This document shows, in pieces, positions 1 to 7,691 of a stretch of DNA of 49,410 nt. Numbering within the stretch: position 1 is the first letter of the stretch; every line of letters begins with the position of its first letter. The DNA lies in NCBI GenBank assembly GCA_030647355.1, contig JAUSIS010000008.1:1-49410 (forward strand), in the 5' to 3' direction. Below the pieces are notes generated by a model that saw only the letters and a program-made list of their open reading frames with translations, did no database searches and had not been told where the DNA came from. Source of the stretch: a bacterium. GTDB lineage: Bacteria > Patescibacteriota > UBA1384 > VFKW01. A program made the position numbers and the translations under genes.

Positions 1-1289
1 GCGGCTTGATTTAAGGATTTTACGAACTCACGAGCCGGTTCGAGCCAAGACAATCCTTTTGTCTCAAAGTCGGTTATTTTCTCGGAAAGCGAGAGCTTTT
101 GAGAAACTAGACTTTGTTTTTTGGCGGCGTATTCTTCTGTGGATAAAGCGTCGTCTAAATAGACATCAAGGAGTTTTACTAACTTTGTTTCTATGTTCGT
201 TAATTGTTCTTTCAGAACACTAACCTCGACTTGCGCGTCCTCTCGCGCTTTATCCTGCTCACTGTCCAACGCCACCAAAACTTTTTCGGTGTTTTGGCTC
301 GATAAAGAAACTTTTTGAAGATAAGAAGTGATTTGCTCGGTTAGGGCTTCTTCGCGGAGGTAATGCTTTTCTTGGCAAAGACCTTTCTTTTTCGTACATC
401 GGTAATAGTTATGACCTTTTTGTCTTTCGGCAGTTATTGAGCAACCACACGAAGCACATTTCAAGAGGCCAAGAAAAGCAAAATCACTTTTATGAGATTC
501 CTGCACTTTCCCTCGTTTACTCATCACTTCTTGGCAAGTATCAAAAAGTTTCTTTGAAATTAACGGCTCGTGTTGTCCCTCAAAAATTTCCCCTTTCCAT
601 TTCATCAAGCCAAGATAGAAAATATTTTGTAGATTTTTTTGGATATTGGCGATAACAAGCGGTTTGCCGAGATTACCGACCAAACCATTTTCTCTGCACC
701 AATTTGCGAGAGGGTGAAGCGTATATGCTCCGGTGGCATACATTTCGAACATCTTACGAACCTTTGGTGCTTTCTCACTATCAACATCAATCCCGCGCGT
801 TTTAGGGTTGTTTAGGTAGCCCACCGGAGCCCAGCCGGGCCAAGTGCCATTGCGTATTTTTTGGCGTAGCCCTCACTTCACATTCTCTCGCAAATTATCT
901 ACAAAATATTTTGATTGACCGAACGATATATTGAGCATAAATAATCCTTGTGGTGTGGGCTCAAACCAAAAAGTCGGAAATTTGAGGGCCTTAATCAAGC
1001 CGCGATCTACGAAATGGATTATTTTGCCACCATCAACGCTATTGCGAGCGAGGCGGTCGGGGTGCCAAGAAATAATCCCGTCTGCTTTTCCTCTCTCAAT
1101 CAATAACAACATTTCTGCGAATTTAATTCGCCCGGGTTCTTTTGCGGTTTTGGCTTCCTGAAAGGAAGCGACAATTTCAAGTTCTTCTTTGGCGGCATAC
1201 TCTTGCAACTCTACGAGTTGCGCCTCAATACTTAAAATCTGCCTATCGTCTTCTTCGGTGCTCTTGCGAGCGTACAGTATGTATTTCAT
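1..1289 (-). pseudogene. Large serine recombinase (resolvase + recombinase + Zn-ribbon + coiled coil) interrupted by one in-frame TGA at 873-875; 3' end beyond the window edge
   Basis: N-terminus YARKS...HPDRLARN (catalytic Ser motif). Manual translation through the TGA stays open in the same frame toward base 1: ...NLRENVK*GLRQKIRNGTWPGWAPVGYLNN...HEPLIS...LLKCASCGCSITAERQKGHNYYRC... Confidence 0.9.
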
Positions 1290-1352
1290 GTTATTTTTTA
1301 ATCATTTGATTTTTTAAGATAAACAGCGTTAGCTGTTTTTTATTTTGCGATG

Positions 1353-1381
1353 GTTGACGAAACCATTTGCCTATGTTATCA
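1353..1381 (+). promoter_or_regulatory. sigma70-type promoter for the GtrA/FcoT-like cargo genes (approximate coordinates)
   Basis: TTGACG-17 nt-TATCAT with TG extension, followed by a UUCG-capped hairpin (ttgaac-ttcg-gttcaa) and SD aaggagg. Confidence 0.55.
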
Positions 1382-1450
1382 TCTACCATTGAACTTCGGT
1401 TCAACGAAGTAGTACATTCCCAAACCAAAAACTGAAAGGAGGAATCCTCA

Positions 1451-1861
1451 ATGCGAACCAAAACGTCTCGCCTCGGGCAAGTCGTGCGGTTCTGCGTTGC
1501 AGGAGCCGCCGGCGTAATTGCCTACTACGTAGCGCTATACGGCCTTACGGAGTACCTCGGAGTCTGGTATGTCGCTTCTGCAGTGATTGGGTTCATCCTA
1601 AACACCGGACTGAACTTTACGCTCCAGAAATTCTGGACGTTCCAGAACAAGGAAACTCACATGGTCGGTCGTCAGCTCGTGCTGTATATCGCCATGACCG
1701 CTTCCTTCCTCATCGGCAACGCCGTCTTTCTGTACCTCATAGTGGAGCACCTGCACATGTGGTACATCGGAGCACAGATGATTCTCACTGTGGTCATTTC
1801 CATTTTGAGCTTCATCATCTCCGGCAAAATCTTCAAGTCAGAAAGCGGAGGTGTGAAATGA
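1451..1861 (+). CDS. GtrA family membrane protein (putative lipid-linked sugar flippase)
   Basis: 136 aa, four hydrophobic helices, RFCVAG...NFTLQKFWTF motif typical of GtrA; strong SD. Confidence 0.8.
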   Translation: MRTKTSRLGQVVRFCVAGAAGVIAYYVALYGLTEYLGVWYVASAVIGFILNTGLNFTLQKFWTFQNKETHMVGRQLVLYIAMTASFLIGNAVFLYLIVEHLHMWYIGAQMILTVVISILSFIISGKIFKSESGGVK

Positions 1862-2331
1862 GTGACAGGGCGCGTGAACTTCTAGAGCTTCTGTACTTGC
1901 CGGAAGCTGTCTATCTCCAAGAGGTGGTGGACTACTCGGCGGAACGGAAGTCGGTAAGGGGGCGATTCTCTGTACCACGTTCCCACTCATACACTCGCCA
2001 GCCGATTGAATATGTGACGGCGGAGCAGTACGTCCGTTGTCTCTCGCAACTCTCGTATGTCGTAGTCGGCTTCCTGATTCAAGACAAAGTTGCCGACTTT
2101 GACTTCGCGGACCTCGAGACGTTCAAACGGCTTATGGTCGAGTGCAAGATGTGGTTCCGGCGGAGCGACCTCCGCTACCTCAAGAACATCACGAAAGGAA
2201 CGGACTTCGAGTTGTCGTTAACCTTGAAAGAGGTTCGGACGCTCCGAGTGTTCTCAATCTGTGTTCTCGAGATCAGCGGTGTCATCCGTGGCGAACTCGA
2301 GTTTGTTGCCCCACTCAATAACAAGGGGTAA
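1858..2331 (+). CDS. Hot-dog fold protein, FcoT-like thioesterase/dehydratase candidate
   Basis: Start ATG overlaps the GtrA stop (ATGA); GRFSVPRSHSY...TAEQYVRCLSQLSY resembles the FcoT-family pattern (from memory). Confidence 0.5.
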   Translation: MSDRARELLELLYLPEAVYLQEVVDYSAERKSVRGRFSVPRSHSYTRQPIEYVTAEQYVRCLSQLSYVVVGFLIQDKVADFDFADLETFKRLMVECKMWFRRSDLRYLKNITKGTDFELSLTLKEVRTLRVFSICVLEISGVIRGELEFVAPLNNKG

Positions 2332-2333
2332 CC

Positions 2334-2371
2334 GGGCGCTTCTCCTCGTGGAGTCGCGCCCTTTTCTTTTT
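2334..2371 (+). terminator. Rho-independent terminator of the cargo operon
   Basis: gggcgc..ctcc-tcgt-ggag..gcgccc hairpin followed by a T-rich tract. Confidence 0.75.
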
Positions 2372-2405
2372 ATAAATTTCAAAGAACAAAGAATTTGTCG
2401 CCGAA

Positions 2406-2759
2406 ACTGAAATTTGCTAAAATTTCAGTAGTTCGCTCCCCGAATTCTTGGATTTATGCCGCCAGAGAAAAACTGGAAATTGTTAAGGTTCAAGAATTCG
2501 GGCGGGCGGGTTTTCTTCGGCCTGACGGCCGAAATAAATTCGAGCTATTTTCAAAATACTGCACAATTAAAGAATCTACCTCAATACCATGTAGGTAGAT
2601 TCTTTAATTGGGGACTCAAAGGGAAGTTGAGCGCATCCAGTGGATGTTTCGTCATTTTATATAGATCGGCGGAGCCGAATTCATCTTATGTCAGGCCGCC
2701 CTGATTCTCCGGCAAAGCCGGAGACGGCCGACAAAGGCGAGCGAATTTAGCGAGTCTCT
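2406..2759 (+). other. Densely structured non-coding region (candidate ncRNA and/or recombinase element end)
   Basis: Hairpins at 2406-2429, 2439-2502 (12-bp perfect stem), 2516-2533, 2564-2610 (18-bp perfect inverted repeat), and a multi-stem module at 2610-2759. Confidence 0.55.
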
Positions 2760-2774
2760 TCTTTAATTCCCTAG

Positions 2775-2783
2775 TTATCCACA
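2775..2783 (+). promoter_or_regulatory. Single perfect DnaA box (TTATCCACA)
   Basis: Exact consensus in an intergenic position; solitary, so not evidence of oriC. Confidence 0.35.
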
Positions 2784-2864
2784 GTCTCTAACTGGTTAGC
2801 CCTTATGTATATATCAAGATTAAGTATATTAATCATACCGACTTTACGGAAGGGGTGAACTTAG

Positions 2865-3338
2865 ATGTCGGATGACAAATTGCCAAACGGGGCATGGTGG
2901 GGAATTCCGAATCAGGTCCTATGCTTTAATGTTCAAAAGGTTCCGGCATCTTGGTTCATCAGTGAACTATATAAACTCAACAATCCAATGTTGATCCGGA
3001 GCAGAGTCGTACTCATTCAAACCGATGAGACTCGCTACGAGGGATTGAATCCTGCCGAAGTGACTTATATTGGAGGAGATCCTGAGCAAACAACCTTCTT
3101 CAGCATCAGAGTGGTCTGTATCGGAGTCCGGAAAAACCTTGAAAATCGGAAAAAGGTCATCATCTGCTACCGCTTTTCAAGCGATCCAGGGCTCGAACTT
3201 CTTCAAGAGAAGAGGCTTCGGGATAAGTTAGCTGAACTGCAAGATGCTTGTACTAAAAACGCGAAAATCGTGCCTCCATCCACCGCAACCTATGGCGTTC
3301 TTCCTGGCATCATCGAGCAGCTGGTAACTGATAACTAA
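2865..3338 (+). CDS. Hypothetical protein (orphan-like cassette)
   Basis: 157 aa ORF with SD ggaagggg and its own terminator; no recognisable motif. Confidence 0.7.
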   Translation: MSDDKLPNGAWWGIPNQVLCFNVQKVPASWFISELYKLNNPMLIRSRVVLIQTDETRYEGLNPAEVTYIGGDPEQTTFFSIRVVCIGVRKNLENRKKVIICYRFSSDPGLELLQEKRLRDKLAELQDACTKNAKIVPPSTATYGVLPGIIEQLVTDN

Positions 3339-3347
3339 GTTCCCTAT

Positions 3348-3370
3348 GGGCCCTCGGGCCCTTATTTTTT
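3348..3370 (+). terminator. Terminator between convergent genes
   Basis: gggccc-tc-gggccc followed by ttatttttt. Confidence 0.55.
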
Positions 3371-4754
3371 ATCTCAATTTATCAGGCAAATTGCCTTTAT
3401 ATCCTCGCTTAAAATCTTCCCAATTAGTCGTTTTCTTGCCCTCTAACTGCACTTCCCCCGGCACTAACTTTCCGTCTTCTAAGTGGGCTTTATGAATAAT
3501 CAATCTCTGCCCGCTCTCTTTGCTTTTTTCTTTTTTATCTTTAATTTTGAGCATTACAAATGCTCTTGGCCATGGATCATATGCCCGTATCTTCCTTTCT
3601 ATCATCCCTATCGGTTCATTCCAATTTATTTCTCCATCCTCTTTGCGGATAATTTTAGTATAAGTCGCTTTTACGTCATCTTGCGGTTCAGGCTGAACCC
3701 TATTGCCAAGATACAGAGGCAATGTTTTAATTAACAACTTTGCGCCCTCAATTGCCAATCGTGAACTTAGGGTTTCAGTCGTCGCATCCGACTCTAAAGC
3801 ATATTCCTTTTGCCAAATAATACCGCCCATATCCATTTTTTCATCCATTTTCATTATCGTAACACCGGTTTTTTCCTCTCCGGCTAATATTGCTCCTTGG
3901 ATAGGACTTGCCCCGCGATACTTTGGCAGGAGCGATGGATGGATATTAATTGCTCCATAACCCGGAATTCCTAATACTTTTTCACTTAGAATCTTTCCAT
4001 AAGCACAAACCACTATATAATCCGGGTCTAATTTTTCCACAATCTCTTCAATTTCGCTGTTAGTCTCCGGCTGGAATACTGGCAAACCAAATTCTTGAGC
4101 AATAGTCTTTATTACAGGGGACGCTATCGCCTGGTTTCTACCCGCTGGCTTATCGGTTTCTGTGATTACTCCAACTACATTTAGGTTGTTAGTAATTAAC
4201 GCCTCCAGAGTAGGTGCGGCAAATGCTGGTGTTCCCATAAAAACACATCTTAAATTATTATAGTGTTTCAAATTCTTTATATCTTTCACATGGTCGGTAA
4301 ACAAAACCCCACCTAAATGGTCAATTTCATGCTGAAGGACTCGAGCCAGCAAACCTTTTGCCCGAACTTTGATCGCTTTACCAGATATATCCTGGGCGGA
4401 AACATTAACTTCCTTTGGCCTTGTAACGTCAATTTCCAATCCCGGCAGAGATAGACATCCTTCAGGCATTGTACATTTCTCGCTGGAAAATTTAGTAACA
4501 ATCGGATTAATCAGAACTATTAATGGAAATGGTTTATCGCTATTTGTATCTTTTTCTCGTGGTATATACTCTAAAACGATCATCCTCTTTGATTCTCCGA
4601 TCTGCGGTGCTGCCAATCCTACCCCATCATACTGCCTCATTATACTCACCATTTGAGATGACAATTGTTGTAATTCAAAATCAAAAGAAGTTACTCTCTT
4701 TGCCTTTTCCCGAAGTATTTTTGCAGGGATTGTTATTATTTCTTTTGCTTTCAT
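3369..4754 (-). CDS. def-fmt: Fused peptide deformylase / methionyl-tRNA formyltransferase
   Basis: PDF motifs GVGLAAPQIG, EGCLS and QHEIDHL, followed without a stop by Fmt motifs FMGTPAFA and NIHPSLLPKYRGASPIQ. Confidence 0.93.
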   Translation of the reverse strand: MKAKEIITIPAKILREKAKRVTSFDFELQQLSSQMVSIMRQYDGVGLAAPQIGESKRMIVLEYIPREKDTNSDKPFPLIVLINPIVTKFSSEKCTMPEGCLSLPGLEIDVTRPKEVNVSAQDISGKAIKVRAKGLLARVLQHEIDHLGGVLFTDHVKDIKNLKHYNNLRCVFMGTPAFAAPTLEALITNNLNVVGVITETDKPAGRNQAIASPVIKTIAQEFGLPVFQPETNSEIEEIVEKLDPDYIVVCAYGKILSEKVLGIPGYGAINIHPSLLPKYRGASPIQGAILAGEEKTGVTIMKMDEKMDMGGIIWQKEYALESDATTETLSSRLAIEGAKLLIKTLPLYLGNRVQPEPQDDVKATYTKIIRKEDGEINWNEPIGMIERKIRAYDPWPRAFVMLKIKDKKEKSKESGQRLIIHKAHLEDGKLVPGEVQLEGKKTTNWEDFKRGYKGNLPDKLR

Positions 4755-4795
4755 GATGATTATATTTTACCTTAAAAATCGGCAAAATTCAATTG

Positions 4796-6628
4796 TTAAA
4801 GCAAACTTTCGGGATCAATTGTTACTTTAATCTTTTCTCCAAATAACAGGTTTCGTATTTGCTCTATCTTGGATTCTTTCCGTAGCTTAATTATAATTTG
4901 GAATTTATAATTTCCCCTCTCCTTTGAAAAATATCCAGGCACAGGCCCGATAATTTCTTCCCTTGGAACGATTTTACTTAACTCGCTATGCAATCGCCCA
5001 ATCCTTTTCATCGCTTTTTCTTTATCAGTATCACCTAGCTCAATTTTTAATATATGTCCATAAGGCGGGTATAGATTAGCCAATCTCTCTTTCAGCAACT
5101 CTCTAAGAAAATATTTATATCTATTTTGGCTAAAAGCTTGATAAATAAGCAGGTCGGTATTATTAGCTTGAATCAGCATCTTTTTTTTGGTAATCATTGC
5201 CAGTCGAAGCATTGTATAAAAAGCAATTTCGCTAGCACTATAATCAGGCTTAGTTAAGAAAAAATCACTGTTTATTACAGCCGATATATATGGTCGAATC
5301 CCCCAGCGAAATATAGCTTGAGTTGAAACATAAATAGCCGCATTTGGAAGTTTTGAAAGCTTGGTGTCCTTGTCCAAATTTATCACTTCATACCGTCCTT
5401 TTGTAATCTGCTTTATCTGTTGTCCTATTTTTTCTACACCAGATCCGACGGTTTCTATATTATTACTCTTGCAAATTGGGCATGAAGTTATTCCCTGTGT
5501 TTTGTAATTGCATAAATAACATACTAATAACTCCTTCTCATGCCGCGCTAACGATACATCGCAATTAGGACAAACAAACTCATAACCGCAATCTGCGCAT
5601 CGTGTTCTTGAACCGAGCCCCTTCTTCGGCACCAATATGACCATCGTTTCTCTATGGTCTATGGTTTCTTCAATTGCTTGAGCAAGTTCAATCGAGATAT
5701 TACTCTTTTCCTTATTCATATCCACTAAACTTATTTTGCATTGCGGCTGCGATAATTTATCATTAACTGGATGGATTGTACCTGCTTTAATCTCTACTAA
5801 TTGCCTCAAGCTTGGTATTATATCTCCTTCCACTATTTGGATACCAAACTGTGTCTGCCAATAATGCGCTACTTCGTTCGAGCGATAAGCTGGTGCCTGC
5901 TCTTCAACATGCCCACTGTTGCTTGCTTCATCTATAATAATTGTGCGGACATTCGCAGGCATATTTAAGAGAATCATCCGGCTTCCAATCACTAAATCAT
6001 ATTTGCCGCTGCGGATCGCTAGCCATTTTTGCCATCTTTTTTTTACGCTTTCGCCCGAGTAATAAGACATTGTTTTGTATTGGGAAAGGATCCCCCCCGA
6101 TTGTCTAATGAAACTCCGCATGAGATTGAGATCTGGAAAAATAATCCAAGTTGTTTTCTTGGATTTTGCATTATCCTTGATAATTTCCCAATAATATTTA
6201 TAGCGATTCTCTGAGCTATCAATTAATAACTTTGATTGCAAGTTAGTCTTGTTTTTCTGTAGTTCCTCGACACTACCTTCGGTATAAGAATCATGTTTCG
6301 GCACAGGGGGCAATATAGAAAACAATGATTCGCTCCAACTTGAAAAATATTTTTGCGCCAACCACTTCGAAAACTCTATCTCCCAAAGACTGAATCTAAA
6401 CTGTTTTTGGAGCACTCGTTTTATATTTTTAATTTCTCCTCGCAAACCTTTTGGCAACGTTTTCGAAAAACCGACGATAATTCCTTCCACCATTCTATTT
6501 GTACCAAAAGGCACTTCCACTATTGATCCTATATGTGTATCAAATAGAAACTCTGGCTTGATTCCATAAGTAAAAACATCGTCCCATTGTTTGGTCTTTT
6601 GGTTAACTAAAACCCTAGCAAATTGCAT
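4796..6628 (-). CDS. priA: Primosomal protein N' (PriA), degenerate helicase motifs
   Basis: N-terminal 3'-binding domain (FTY...GSIVEVPFG), GSR motif, four CxxC Zn pairs, C-terminal YPPY and IDP; adjacent to def-fmt as usual. Confidence 0.88.
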   Translation of the reverse strand: MQFARVLVNQKTKQWDDVFTYGIKPEFLFDTHIGSIVEVPFGTNRMVEGIIVGFSKTLPKGLRGEIKNIKRVLQKQFRFSLWEIEFSKWLAQKYFSSWSESLFSILPPVPKHDSYTEGSVEELQKNKTNLQSKLLIDSSENRYKYYWEIIKDNAKSKKTTWIIFPDLNLMRSFIRQSGGILSQYKTMSYYSGESVKKRWQKWLAIRSGKYDLVIGSRMILLNMPANVRTIIIDEASNSGHVEEQAPAYRSNEVAHYWQTQFGIQIVEGDIIPSLRQLVEIKAGTIHPVNDKLSQPQCKISLVDMNKEKSNISIELAQAIEETIDHRETMVILVPKKGLGSRTRCADCGYEFVCPNCDVSLARHEKELLVCYLCNYKTQGITSCPICKSNNIETVGSGVEKIGQQIKQITKGRYEVINLDKDTKLSKLPNAAIYVSTQAIFRWGIRPYISAVINSDFFLTKPDYSASEIAFYTMLRLAMITKKKMLIQANNTDLLIYQAFSQNRYKYFLRELLKERLANLYPPYGHILKIELGDTDKEKAMKRIGRLHSELSKIVPREEIIGPVPGYFSKERGNYKFQIIIKLRKESKIEQIRNLLFGEKIKVTIDPESLL

Positions 6629-6760
6629 AATGTCCTCAGCACCACCATATAATATGGCAAGCGCTTTGACAATTAAATTGTTTTTCTTATATAGATTACT
6701 CTTTTACCCTCTATCAAGCTATGGTATATTATAATTACATTAATTAATCGGAAGGAAACA

Positions 6761-6949
6761 ATGGCTCTGCGAGTTGATAAAGAAAAATGCATCGGCTGTA
6801 TGACTTGTGTCTCGATGTTCCCTAATAATTTTAAAATCGGTGAGGATGGCAAGTCAGAAGTTATTTCCCAGGATAATCTAACCGAAGAACAGATTAAAAC
6901 GGCTATCAGTAGCTGTCCGGCAGGCGCCATATTGTCTGTTGATAAATAA
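6761..6949 (+). CDS. Ferredoxin (single Fe-S cluster type)
   Basis: CIGCMTC...CPAGAI; SD ggaagga. Confidence 0.88.
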   Translation: MALRVDKEKCIGCMTCVSMFPNNFKIGEDGKSEVISQDNLTEEQIKTAISSCPAGAILSVDK

Positions 6950-7022
6950 AACTATCCCGCCCTAGCTATTAGAATTTTTTCTATAGTGCTATGATGGATA
7001 TACAAATAATAGGGAGGGGGTT

Positions 7023-7688
7023 ATGCAGAGACATCATTATAAATTTAAAATGAGAAAGAAAATTAAACAATTAATTCTAGTCTGTTTTTTACTGGTTGTT
7101 GTTATATCGGCCTACTTTGCTATACCAAAATATCTCGGAGCTTCAATCTACCCGCTCTCCTATCAAAATGAAATTATCGCCAGCAGTAAAGAATTTTCAG
7201 TTGATCCAAATTTCATTGCTGCGGTTATACTTACCGAGAGCCGATTTCGTCCTGACGCTCATTCTGGAGTAGGAGCGATCGGCTTGATGCAGATTATGCC
7301 TGCAACAGGCGCCGGTATTGCCAAGCAGCTGGGAGATAAAGACTTTACTACAAGTAAGCTCTATGAACCAGCCCGTAACATACGATATGGAACATATTAT
7401 TTGAAGCAACAGTTGGATAAGTATGGCGGTAATGAAAGCTTAGTTTTAATGCATTATAATGGCGGCCCGAGAGCGGTTAACAGCTATCGAACTCGAGGTG
7501 TTCTGCCCCGCGAAACACAAGGTTTTGTTCGAAAAGTAACAGGTAGTAAAAATATGTATGAAACCATCTACGGAGAATGGTGGAAACCGAAAGAAAAATT
7601 TATTCCACTCGACGATCCATCTCAAAAGCCCACCTTAAACGTAAGAGAATTCTGGCGTGCTCTGATTGCTCCTAAGGGAGGCTGGTGA
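7023..7688 (+). CDS. Lytic transglycosylase (SLT domain), membrane-anchored
   Basis: N-terminal TM helix; ESRF, GLMQI and YNGG motifs. Confidence 0.9.
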   Translation: MQRHHYKFKMRKKIKQLILVCFLLVVVISAYFAIPKYLGASIYPLSYQNEIIASSKEFSVDPNFIAAVILTESRFRPDAHSGVGAIGLMQIMPATGAGIAKQLGDKDFTTSKLYEPARNIRYGTYYLKQQLDKYGGNESLVLMHYNGGPRAVNSYRTRGVLPRETQGFVRKVTGSKNMYETIYGEWWKPKEKFIPLDDPSQKPTLNVREFWRALIAPKGGW

Positions 7689-7691
7689 TCT

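Noticed and set aside
873-875. TGA read as Gly/Trp (alternative genetic code) or Sec in the recombinase
   Set aside because: TGA ends several clear genes here (7688, 12589, 44746, 24738), no other gene has an internal TGA, and Arg is the expected residue.
2395-2704. ORFs 2395-2598 and 2456-2704
   Set aside because: No SD or recognisable protein features; they overlay hairpin-rich non-coding DNA.
2610-2759. Hammerhead/HDV ribozyme, SRP RNA or tRNA
   Set aside because: Partial words (CTGA, GAAAC, GCGAAT, TCAGG) occur, but the required cores (CUGAnGA...GAAA..UH, AGCAG, cloverleaf) cannot be assembled.
2775-2783. Replication origin
   Set aside because: Only one intergenic DnaA box (another lies inside the recombinase gene); no cluster and no dnaA/dnaN.
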